Origin: an uncultured bacterium
Lineage (GTDB): Bacteria; Fidelibacterota; Marinisomatia; Marinisomatales; UBA1611
DNA: 47,012 bases
Reading direction: 5' to 3'
Assembly (NCBI GenBank): GCA_964404235.1
Contig: CAYOJL010000001.1
Span: 13,826 to 60,837 of the forward strand
In this document: piece by piece, positions 38,516 through 47,012 of the stretch
Numbering within the stretch: position 1 is the stretch's first letter
Layout of the letters: the number at the start of each line of letters is the position of its first letter
Program-made: the position numbers and the translations under genes
Notes under the pieces: generated by a model
The model's database searches: none
What the model was told of the DNA's origin: nothing
The model's input: only the letters and a program-made list of their open reading frames with translations

Positions 38516-40060
38516 ATGGAATATATTCTCAGTTGGCTAATTTGGCTTCCCGTCATTGGGATGGTTGCCATTGCATTTATACCGCGGGATAAAGAGGATC
38601 TAATTAAACAGGCCGCTGCTGTAACAACGGGCGTTCAATTTTTCCTGACCCTTGTGCTATGGAATAATTTTGATTCCCAAGATGGTTCCATGCAGTTCAA
38701 ACAATGGGCTGAATGGATTCCTTCATTTAACATATCATACTATCTTGGTGTTGATGGGTTGAGCTTGCCTATGGTTATCCTTACAGGCATGCTTTTTTTC
38801 ATAGGTGTCTTTGTCAGTTGGAATATAAAAAAGGCAGTCAAAGGATATTTTGCACTGTTTTTATTGCTTAATACAGGAGTAATGGGTGTTTTCTTATCTT
38901 TAGATTTTTTCCTTTTTTATATCTTTTGGGAAGTAATGCTTCTGCCTATGTATTTCTTGATTGGTATGTGGGGTGGTCCCCAGAGGGAATATGCTGCTAT
39001 TAAATTTTTCCTTTATACTCTATTTGGATCTGTATTAATGCTGGTTGGCATATTAGGTCTTTATTTCTCTTGTGGTAATACATTTGACATCCTTGAGCTT
39101 ACTAGAGTAGCTCCCGAAGCTCTTGGCAATTTAATGTGGTGGGGTATGAGTGCAATAAAAGTGATATGGGTATTATTATTCATTGGTTTTGCTATAAAAG
39201 TTCCTGTTTTCCCTTTCCATACTTGGTTACCTCTTGCCCATGTAGAGGCACCAACTGCTATCTCAGTATTATTAGCAGGTATATTGCTAAAACTTGGTGT
39301 CTATGGGATTATTAGAGTTAATTATGGGTTAATGCCAGATGGAGTTTATTGGTTCTCATATGCATTAGCACTGTTAGGTCTTATTAATGTCGTTTGGGGT
39401 GGCCTTTGTGCATTAGCTCAAACAGATTTGAAAAAACTAGTAGCCTACTCTAGTGTAAACCATATGGGTTACTCATTGATTGGAATGGCAGCAGTAGTGG
39501 CAGCTGGTGAAGCGCACGGGGCTAACCTAAAAGCTGCGCAGGCAGGTATGGGCGGCGCAGTATTCCAAATGTTCAATCACGGAACAATTTCTGCGATGCT
39601 CTTTATACTTGTAGGCGTTATATATGAAAGAGCGCATCATCGAGAAATTGAAGGTTTTGGTGGTCTTGCTAGCCAAATGCCTATATATACTGGTATTACA
39701 GCTGTAGCTTTTTTTGCGGGACTAGGCTTGCCTGGGCTTTCCGGATTTATTAGTGAGGCAATGTGTTTTATCGGAGCATTCCCCGTTTATAAGACAATTG
39801 TGATAGCATCTACGATTGGTATACTGCTTAATGCAGCTTATTTCCTATGGGCATTCCAACGAATATTCTTTGGAGAGTTGAATGAGAAATACAACGACCT
39901 TCCTGAGATCAATCGTCTTGAATTATTTACGGTTATACCTCTATTGATCATAACACTTTTCTTTGGTATTTATCCTGCTCCCTATCTAGATATTATCTCT
40001 AGTACAATGGATACTATCATTGAACATGTGGTCTCCATGGCAACATATGCAAGTATGTAA
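38516..40060 (+). CDS. nuoM: NADH-quinone oxidoreductase subunit M
   Basis: GVDGLS, FWE.ML.PMY, KVPVFPFHTWLP.AHVEAP, LLKLG, KKLVAYSS and GLPGLSGF.SE motifs. Confidence 0.96.
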   Translation: MEYILSWLIWLPVIGMVAIAFIPRDKEDLIKQAAAVTTGVQFFLTLVLWNNFDSQDGSMQFKQWAEWIPSFNISYYLGVDGLSLPMVILTGMLFFIGVFVSWNIKKAVKGYFALFLLLNTGVMGVFLSLDFFLFYIFWEVMLLPMYFLIGMWGGPQREYAAIKFFLYTLFGSVLMLVGILGLYFSCGNTFDILELTRVAPEALGNLMWWGMSAIKVIWVLLFIGFAIKVPVFPFHTWLPLAHVEAPTAISVLLAGILLKLGVYGIIRVNYGLMPDGVYWFSYALALLGLINVVWGGLCALAQTDLKKLVAYSSVNHMGYSLIGMAAVVAAGEAHGANLKAAQAGMGGAVFQMFNHGTISAMLFILVGVIYERAHHREIEGFGGLASQMPIYTGITAVAFFAGLGLPGLSGFISEAMCFIGAFPVYKTIVIASTIGILLNAAYFLWAFQRIFFGELNEKYNDLPEINRLELFTVIPLLIITLFFGIYPAPYLDIISSTMDTIIEHVVSMATYASM

Positions 40061-40071
40061 ATAATAGAAGA

Positions 40072-41565
40072 ATGAATAATCTTCAAAGTCTATCCTTTTT
40101 TTACCCTGAGCTGTTACTAACGGTGGTCATACTAGTTGCCATCATATACGATCTTTTGATTGACAGGACTGAATCTGGTAAGGTTGCATGGGTATTGGTC
40201 TTTGGATTGTTGTTAGTAGCTATGGCTATTTGGTTGCAAGATAGCAGCAAGGTAACAACCCTTTTTACAAACGCTGTAGTCTTAGACCCTTTCGCTACTT
40301 TTTTTAAGCTGATTATAATATTGGCAACTATTTTTGTATCAATAGTAAGTCTATATTCAGGTGAGTTAGAAAGTTATAGGAAAGGCGAATATTTTACCTT
40401 GCTGGGAATTACTACTTTTGGACTTTTTATCATGGTATCCTCTATCGATCTGATTATGGTTTATGTATCGATCGAGATCGTTTCGATCATGTCCTTTGTC
40501 CTGGCAGGTTATTTAAAGAAAAATACGCGTTCAAATGAAGCAGCACTAAAATATGTTGTCTATGGTGCTTTTTCATCTGGGATTATGCTATTTGGTTTAA
40601 GTTACATCTACGGCCTAACAGGAAGTACAAATTTCTTTCAAATACAACAGACATTAGCTGCCAGTGGCACTGAATCAAACTCAGCAATACTTATCGCTGT
40701 TATCATGGTCTTAGCAGGCTTTGGTTATAAAATTTCTGCTGTCCCATTTCATTTCTGGACACCGGATGTATATGAAGGAGCACCAACTACTATCACAGCA
40801 TATTTATCAATAGCGCCAAAAGCTGGGGCATTTGCAATGATGATCAGGTTCTTCAATCAAGTATTAGCTGATGGTGGCGCAATGGGAGGGCTTGGTTCCA
40901 TATCTGCAACAGTTATGCCATGGGCAAGTATATTGAGTCTGCTTGCTATTATTACAATGACCGTAGGTAATATTGTTGCGATCCAACAAAATAATATAAA
41001 GCGTATGCTTGCCTATTCAAGTATAGCACATGCCGGATACATGTTACTTGCGATGCCAGTCATGTCAGGCGATAGTATATATGCAATCATGGTTTATCTT
41101 GTAATGTATTTATTTATGAATCTAGGTGCATTTTTTGTCGTTATAGCGATAAAAAATAAGACTGATGGTGAAACCTTTGATGATTATAAGGGTTTGGGAT
41201 GGGAAATGCCCATAGTTGGTATATCTATGACCTTATTTATGGTCTCACTCACAGGTCTCCCTCCAACCGCTGGCTTTATTGGAAAATTCTATATTTTTGC
41301 TTCTTTAATTCAGGGAGGGAGCTCTTTTTATTGGTTAGTAGTTATTGGAGGTATTAATAGTGTTATTTCATTATACTATTACCTAAGAGTTGTAAAAGTA
41401 ATGTATTTTGACGGTGACAGAAAAGAATCCTTATTATTTCCGCCTAAGGTTTTATCAGGAATGCTTTTAGTAACGGCAGTTCCAACATTGATTCTTGGTA
41501 TTTATTGGGTCCCTATTGCAGAATGGATTCAAAGCTCGCTAGTATTCTTCATTCAAACCATTTGA
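40072..41565 (+). CDS. nuoN: NADH-quinone oxidoreductase subunit N
   Basis: EAALKY, KISAVPFHFWTPDVYEGAPT, KRMLAYSSIAHAGY and SLTGLPPTAGFIGK motifs. Confidence 0.96.
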   Translation: MNNLQSLSFFYPELLLTVVILVAIIYDLLIDRTESGKVAWVLVFGLLLVAMAIWLQDSSKVTTLFTNAVVLDPFATFFKLIIILATIFVSIVSLYSGELESYRKGEYFTLLGITTFGLFIMVSSIDLIMVYVSIEIVSIMSFVLAGYLKKNTRSNEAALKYVVYGAFSSGIMLFGLSYIYGLTGSTNFFQIQQTLAASGTESNSAILIAVIMVLAGFGYKISAVPFHFWTPDVYEGAPTTITAYLSIAPKAGAFAMMIRFFNQVLADGGAMGGLGSISATVMPWASILSLLAIITMTVGNIVAIQQNNIKRMLAYSSIAHAGYMLLAMPVMSGDSIYAIMVYLVMYLFMNLGAFFVVIAIKNKTDGETFDDYKGLGWEMPIVGISMTLFMVSLTGLPPTAGFIGKFYIFASLIQGGSSFYWLVVIGGINSVISLYYYLRVVKVMYFDGDRKESLLFPPKVLSGMLLVTAVPTLILGIYWVPIAEWIQSSLVFFIQTI

Positions 41566-41574
41566 TCAATTAAA

Positions 41575-42906
41575 TTGAACCATATTAACATAAAAAGAGG
41601 CCATGATATAAGGGTATCAGGTGTTCCAAACAGGGATGTGATTTCAGCTCCTACATCTAAAACAGTTTCAGTCTTACCAAATTCTTTCAAAAGTGTGAAA
41701 CCGAAACTAATGGTACAGGAAGGAGACGAAGTAAAAATAGGATCTCCATTATTTTTTGATAAGACCAAACCAGAAGTTAGATGGGCTTCTCCTGCAAGTG
41801 GTCATATTACATCGATTCAGTTTGGAGCGAGAAGAGCTATAGAAAAAATAGAGATCACTGTACAAAATAACGATAAAGTTTCATTTCAAACACTCTCTCA
41901 AATAGAGTTTGATTCAGCTGACCGGAAAAAAATATTAGACCTGATATTAGAGGCAAGTCTATTCCCTCTGATTCGTCAGCGGCCATTTAATAAGGTAGCA
42001 GATCCAAAAGACATTCCCAGGGATATTTTTATTTCTGGTCATAATTCGGCACCATTATCAGTTGATCTTTTAAATCTGATCGAGAATGAAAAGGATATGT
42101 TCCAAACAGGGCTTTCAGCATTAAGTAAGCTAACTGAAGGAAATGTTTTTCTAACTCTGGGTAGTCCTATGGAATTTGATAATGTCATAATGCAAACAGT
42201 ATCTGGTCCTCACCCATCCGGCAATGTTGGCATACAAATTCATCATACTAAACCTTTGAGACCAGGTGATGTTATTTGGTCTGTAAATGCCCAGCATGTG
42301 ATCACTCTTGGAAAATTATTTCAAACTGGTTCATATGATCCAACAATTATAGTATCTATTGGTGGTTCAGGAGCTACAACTCCAACAACAGTCAAGACAG
42401 TTACTGGAGCAAATATTGGCTTACTCATTTCTGAACAGAATATAGAAAGCCCTACTCGTTTGATCTCAGGTGATGTGTTAACTGGCCAAACTGTTGAGCA
42501 TTCAGGTTTTTTAGGATTTTATGATTCTTCTATTAGCATCATAAATGATAAAGTAAATAGACCATTTTTAGGAATGTTATCTTTTGGAAGTAATAAAACA
42601 AAGTATAGTTTGTCTAATACCTTTTTATCCTATGGTGAGCAATCATTTGATTTTACCACATCTCAAAATGGCGAATTGCGTGCCATGGTCCCATTAAATG
42701 CATGGGAAAATGTATTGCCAATGGATATTTATCCGAATCCATTATACCGTGCTATTCTAGCCCAAGATATAGAAGAAATGGAAAAACTTGGTATTTGGGA
42801 GTGCGATGATGAGGACTTTGCATTATGTTCATTTGCTTGCCCAAGTAAGATAGACGTCGGCAGTGTTATTAGAGATGGCCTTGATCTCATGGAAAAAGAA
42901 GGATAA
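41575..42906 (+). CDS. nqrA: Na(+)-translocating NADH-quinone reductase subunit A
   Basis: IKRGHDI, KPKL.V.EGD.VK.G.PLF.DK, GPHPSGNVG, ISG.VLTG and EDFALCSFACPSK motifs. It lacks the RnfC ferredoxin Cys motifs. TTG start. Confidence 0.92.
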   Translation: MNHINIKRGHDIRVSGVPNRDVISAPTSKTVSVLPNSFKSVKPKLMVQEGDEVKIGSPLFFDKTKPEVRWASPASGHITSIQFGARRAIEKIEITVQNNDKVSFQTLSQIEFDSADRKKILDLILEASLFPLIRQRPFNKVADPKDIPRDIFISGHNSAPLSVDLLNLIENEKDMFQTGLSALSKLTEGNVFLTLGSPMEFDNVIMQTVSGPHPSGNVGIQIHHTKPLRPGDVIWSVNAQHVITLGKLFQTGSYDPTIIVSIGGSGATTPTTVKTVTGANIGLLISEQNIESPTRLISGDVLTGQTVEHSGFLGFYDSSISIINDKVNRPFLGMLSFGSNKTKYSLSNTFLSYGEQSFDFTTSQNGELRAMVPLNAWENVLPMDIYPNPLYRAILAQDIEEMEKLGIWECDDEDFALCSFACPSKIDVGSVIRDGLDLMEKEG

Positions 42907-42908
42907 CT

Positions 42909-44093
42909 ATGAGACTAATTAGAGACCTATTAGATAAGGCTGCTCCAGTATTTAAAGAGGGTGGAATGTTAGAAAGGTTTTACCCTATATATGAAGCTAC
43001 AGATACCATACTTTTTAGTACAGATGAAAGGACAGGATCTGGACCGCATATTCGTGATAGTATTGACATAAAACGTGTAATGATCCTAGTGGTCATTTCT
43101 CTTATACCATGCTATGTTTTTGGTGCGTTGAATATTGGTTATCAAAAAGCATTGACCTTTGGTTTAAATACCACTTGGTATGAAAATTTGATTGCTGGAG
43201 GAATTACCATATTGCCTATAGTAGCAGTTACATTTATTTCAGGTGCTTTCTGGGAACTATTGTTTTCTATTGTAAGAAGGCATCCAGTGTCAGAGGGATT
43301 TTTGGTTACATGTGCTTTGATCCCATTAACATTACCTCCCTCAATACCTCTATGGCAAGTTTCAATCGCTACTTCATTTGGTATTGTTATTGGGAAGGAA
43401 ATATTTGGTGGAGTAGGGATGAATATATTCAATCCTGCCCTTATGGCTAGGGCTTTCCTTTACTTCACTTATCCAGCTCGAATTTCTGGAGATAAAGTAT
43501 GGGCTATAGCTCCAGATGGATTTTCTGGTCCAACAGCACTTAGTATACCTGCAGGACAAACCAATGTTAATGCTGTCGAATTACTTGATAAAGCAAGCTC
43601 TACACTGGCATTTGATTATTCTTGGATGAATATGTTTATGGGATGGATCCCAGGTTCAATAGGTGAGACAAATAAATGGCTGATTTTGATTGGTGCTCTT
43701 TTTCTTGTTTTAATAGGTATAACAAGTTGGAGGGTTATGGTAGGGTCAGTTATAGGTATGGTTACCATGGCATTTATCACAAATGTATTATCACCATATT
43801 CTACAAATGCGATGCTGACCATCCCTCCCCATTATCATTTAGTCATGGGCAGTTTTCTCTTTGGAACAGTTTTTATGGCAACTGAGCCAGTAACTGGAGC
43901 GCATACTGATAAAGGTCGCTGGATCTTTGGATTTTTAGTTGGAGCTTTGACGGTAATTATACGTAGTATCAACCCTGCATATCCAGAAGGTATCATGCTT
44001 GCAATACTATTAATGAATGCATTTGCGCCACTTATCGACTATTACGTTGTTCAAAGCAATATCAAAAAAAGAATGATTCGATATGCACAGTAA
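42909..44093 (+). CDS. nqrB: Na(+)-translocating NADH-quinone reductase subunit B
   Basis: NqrB-type N-terminus (GG..ERFYPIYEA.DT), HIRDSIDIKRVM, KEIFGG.G.N.FNPA, GSIGET, FMATEPV and NPAYPEG motifs. Confidence 0.95.
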   Translation: MRLIRDLLDKAAPVFKEGGMLERFYPIYEATDTILFSTDERTGSGPHIRDSIDIKRVMILVVISLIPCYVFGALNIGYQKALTFGLNTTWYENLIAGGITILPIVAVTFISGAFWELLFSIVRRHPVSEGFLVTCALIPLTLPPSIPLWQVSIATSFGIVIGKEIFGGVGMNIFNPALMARAFLYFTYPARISGDKVWAIAPDGFSGPTALSIPAGQTNVNAVELLDKASSTLAFDYSWMNMFMGWIPGSIGETNKWLILIGALFLVLIGITSWRVMVGSVIGMVTMAFITNVLSPYSTNAMLTIPPHYHLVMGSFLFGTVFMATEPVTGAHTDKGRWIFGFLVGALTVIIRSINPAYPEGIMLAILLMNAFAPLIDYYVVQSNIKKRMIRYAQ

Positions 44094-44778
44094 TTCATAC
44101 ACCATCATATTCACATCTATAGTGACCATTATTCTAGGCTTTTTTCTTTCGGTGTTAGCTGGGAGCCTAGGAGCAACACAAAAAGCAAATATAGATAACG
44201 ATATCAAAAAGAATATTCTTGTATCTCTAGGCTATAAACCAGCCAATAATAATCTTTGGACATCAGATTATATTCAAGAATTATTCGATAATAATATTGA
44301 TGCTTTTGTAATGGATAAAAATGGAAAAAGAACATTAGAAGATCCAAAATCTATTGATACTGAGAATGACATAGAGAATTTGCCAATATATGTGAATAGA
44401 ATAGAAGGTCAAATTGATGGCTATTCTATACCTATATCCGGTAAAGGACTTTGGTCAACACTCCTAGGATATTTTGCAATAGAACCTGATGGCTCTACTG
44501 CTAAAGGAATCACATTTTATAGTCATAAAGAAACGCCTGGCTTGGGTGGCGAGGTTGATAAAGAATGGTTTCAACATAACTTTATTGGTAAAAAGTTTAT
44601 AAATGATAATGGTGAACTAGTGGGAATCAAAGTTAAAAAAGGTAAAGCAGATCCAAATAGTCCTTACGAAGTTGATGGGATATCTGGAGCAACTGTAACA
44701 AGTAAAGGTCTAGAAATCTTTTTATTAGATGACCTAAGGAAATATGATCCATTTTTCAAAAAGATCAGAAAAGGATAA
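44083..44778 (+). CDS. nqrC: Na(+)-translocating NADH-quinone reductase subunit C
   Basis: GKGLWS, HKETPGLGGE and the FMN site VDGISGATVTS. Confidence 0.95.
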   Translation: MHSNSYTIIFTSIVTIILGFFLSVLAGSLGATQKANIDNDIKKNILVSLGYKPANNNLWTSDYIQELFDNNIDAFVMDKNGKRTLEDPKSIDTENDIENLPIYVNRIEGQIDGYSIPISGKGLWSTLLGYFAIEPDGSTAKGITFYSHKETPGLGGEVDKEWFQHNFIGKKFINDNGELVGIKVKKGKADPNSPYEVDGISGATVTSKGLEIFLLDDLRKYDPFFKKIRKG

Positions 44779-44786
44779 TTTGTTTA

Positions 44787-45413
44787 ATGTCAGTGTTTGA
44801 TAATAAATCAAAAAAGGCTTTGACAGATCCTCTTATGGCAAATAATCCCATAAGTTTGCAAGTATTAGGCATATGTTCTGCGTTGGCTGTAACTGTCAAA
44901 TTGGATACAGCTGTCGTTATGACTCTTGCTGTAATTGGAGTTCTCTCTATATCAAATACTATTATTTCTATATTAAGAAATTTAATCCCAGGTAAAGTTC
45001 GTATTATAGTTCAGCTATCAGTTATCGCATGCCTTGTGGGTATTACAGATCAGATATTAATGGCTTATATGTATGATATAAGTAAACAGCTCACAGTATT
45101 TATTGGACTTATTATAACTAATTGCATTGTTTTAGGTCGTGCTGAAGCTTTCGCTATGCAAAATTCACCTGTTAGATCATTTTTTGATGGGCTGGGAAAT
45201 GCATTAGGCTATGGGGGTATTTTGATCGCGGTAGCATTTTTTAGAGAATTATTAGGTAGTGGTTCGATCTATGGATATCAGGTTGTGCCAAATTCCCTAT
45301 ATGAAGCAGGTTATGAGAATATGGGGCTCATGGTACTTTCTCCAGGAGCATTTATTATTCTTGGATTGATTGTTTGGGTACAGAGGATCGCAGCTGGTCT
45401 TGAAGAGGAATAG
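44787..45413 (+). CDS. nqrD: Na(+)-translocating NADH-quinone reductase subunit D
   Basis: NNPI..QVLGICSALAVT, GLIITNCIVLGRAEA and RELLGSG motifs. Confidence 0.96.
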   Translation: MSVFDNKSKKALTDPLMANNPISLQVLGICSALAVTVKLDTAVVMTLAVIGVLSISNTIISILRNLIPGKVRIIVQLSVIACLVGITDQILMAYMYDISKQLTVFIGLIITNCIVLGRAEAFAMQNSPVRSFFDGLGNALGYGGILIAVAFFRELLGSGSIYGYQVVPNSLYEAGYENMGLMVLSPGAFIILGLIVWVQRIAAGLEEE

Positions 45414-45416
45414 GTT

Positions 45417-46049
45417 ATGTTAGAACACTATATAAGTATCTTAACTAAGGCCGTCTTTATAGAAAATATATTGCTCGCATATTTTTTAGGCATGTGTTCT
45501 TTCTTAGCTATATCCAAGAAGGTAGAAACATCCATTGGACTTGGATTTGCTGTTATCTTTGTATTGACCATTACAGCTCCAGCAAACTGGATTATCCATA
45601 ATTATTTATTACAGGCAGGTGCACTAGCCTGGCTGAATCCAGATTATGGTCTTAATGGTGCAAACCCTATAGATCTTTCCTTTTTAAATTATCTTGTTTT
45701 TATCGCTGTTATTGCTGCAATGGTACAATTAGTTGAAATGGTTCTAGATCGATTCTCTCCAACATTGTATATTAATCTGGGTATTTTTCTACCATTAATT
45801 GCTGTTAATTGTGCTATTCTAGGTGGCTCATTATTTATGGTAGAAAGAGAATATACTTTGATGGAAACTACTGTATATGGTTTCGGATCTGGTATAGGAT
45901 TTTTTTTAGCGATAGCATCAATGGCTGCCATTCGTCACAGGATTAGGTATTCTAATGTGCCTCCGAGCTTAAGGGGTGTTGGAATTACAATGCTACTAAC
46001 AGGTCTTGTATCTATCGCATTTATGGCGTTTGCAGGAATTGATTTATAA
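45417..46049 (+). CDS. nqrE: Na(+)-translocating NADH-quinone reductase subunit E
   Basis: FIEN..L..FLGMCSFLA, QLVEM and GIFLPLIAVNCAILGG motifs. Confidence 0.96.
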   Translation: MLEHYISILTKAVFIENILLAYFLGMCSFLAISKKVETSIGLGFAVIFVLTITAPANWIIHNYLLQAGALAWLNPDYGLNGANPIDLSFLNYLVFIAVIAAMVQLVEMVLDRFSPTLYINLGIFLPLIAVNCAILGGSLFMVEREYTLMETTVYGFGSGIGFFLAIASMAAIRHRIRYSNVPPSLRGVGITMLLTGLVSIAFMAFAGIDL

Positions 46050-47012
46050 TGGAACAGATTTTCTTAAGTATAACCGTCTTTTCAGGTGTCATATTAATCC
46101 TCGTATTACTACTAAATTTTGCTGAGAGCCAATTACTCCCGCAGGGAGATGTTACAATAGAGATCAATGGAGATTCAGAAAAAAGTATTACCACACGCCC
46201 AGGCTCAACCTTACTTAGTGCATTAGCAGGGCGATCTGTCTTCCTACCTTCTGCATGTGGAGGAGGAGGTACATGTGCTATGTGTGAGTGTCAGGTACTA
46301 GAAGGAGGAGGAGACATACTCCCAACTGAGACCGGGCATATAAATCGTCAAAAAGCAAAAGATAGCTGGCGTCTAGCATGCCAAGTTAAAATAAAAGAGG
46401 ATTTAAAGATTCATGTACCAGATGAGATCTTTAGTATTCAAAAATGGGAGTGCACAGTTGAATCAAATAATAATGTTGCAACATTTATAAAAGAATTAGT
46501 TTTAAATCTGCCAGAAGGTGAAATATTGGATTTTAAAGCTGGTGGATATATACAAATAGATATCCCTGAATATCATGATCTAGGATTTAGTGATTTTTCT
46601 ATTGAAAATGAATATCATCCTGATTGGGATAAGTATAAGATATGGGACCTAGTTGCAAATAATGATGAACCTGTTTTTAGAGCTTATTCCATGGCAAATC
46701 ACCCTGCTGAGGGTAATAGAGTAATGTTAAATGTTAGAATTGCGACGCCCCCTCCTCCGCTATGGGACCAAGTACCACCCGGCCTAGCTTCTTCATATAT
46801 CTTCAACTTATAACCAAGTGATAAGGTTACGATTTCTGGTCCTTATGGTGAATTTTTTATCAAAGAATCAGATAGGGAAATGGTTTATATCGGTGGAGGT
46901 GCTGGTATGGCACCAATGAGATCGCATTTATTTCATTTATTCCATACTTTAAAAACAGGCCGAAAAGTATCTTTTTGGTATGGGGCAAGGTCAGTTCGTG
47001 AAATGTTCTATG
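46049..47012 (+). CDS. nqrF: Na(+)-translocating NADH-quinone reductase subunit F, with an in-frame TAA at 46811-46813 and running off the window end
   Basis: [12 protein letters not shown] and RLACQ (2Fe-2S), and RAYSMA (FAD). After the TAA the same frame continues [66 protein letters not shown], the NAD-binding domain. Confidence 0.93.

Noticed and set aside
36439-41565. 2M complex I (extra antiporter subunit) or Mrp antiporter
   Set aside because: There is exactly one each of NuoL, NuoM and NuoN. His-rich loops in NuoL are common.
7759-45931. Numerous short antisense or overlapping ORFs in the track (e.g. 12589-12873, 19714-20010, 22199-22519, 29640-30029, 36154-36450, 43142-43432)
   Set aside because: They lie on or opposite well-supported genes, show no motifs, and look like shadow ORFs.
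46811-46813. Alternative genetic code or programmed TAA readthrough
   Set aside because: TAA is the normal stop for many genes here, so a single point change from AAA is more parsimonious.
41575-47012. Rnf rather than Nqr
   Set aside because: The first subunit lacks RnfC ferredoxin motifs, there is no RnfB, the gene order is nqrABCDEF, and NqrF is present.
1-47012. CRISPR arrays, tRNA/rRNA, IS elements, prophage or defence genes
   Set aside because: Intergenic space is minimal, and no regularly spaced repeats, cloverleafs, transposases or integrases were seen.

Overview
This is an AT-rich, gene-dense bacterial chromosome segment. Gene content and protein style suggest an FCB-superphylum marine bacterium, most likely Marinisomatota/SAR406 (inference, not a database result). 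From left to right it contains: (1) a housekeeping operon, cmk(partial)-rpsA-YbbR-like-tsaD-VWA protein; (2) ugd-rmlC-rmlB-rmlA, with no rmlD; (3) a minus-strand Wzx/Wzy surface-polysaccharide locus (SLBB export protein, co-polymerase, flippase, polymerase, GT4, DUF354, large sugar transferase, Wzi-like); (4) serS-plsC-hldC-mltD-HU-bS22-xseA-xseB-nadK, where the 31-aa bS22 gene is missing from the ORF track; (5) a minus-strand ProDH, CoA-binding protein and PhyH dioxygenase; (6) a ~15.8 kb respiratory run in which an 11-subunit complex I lacking nuoEFG is followed after 9 nt by nqrABCDEF, with an in-frame TAA in nqrF. The best novelty candidates are a Wzz-type co-polymerase with an N-terminal winged helix-turn-helix (plus structured or palindromic leaders in the same locus) and the headless-Nuo + Na+-NQR super-operon. 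No rRNA, tRNA, CRISPR array or mobile element was recognised.
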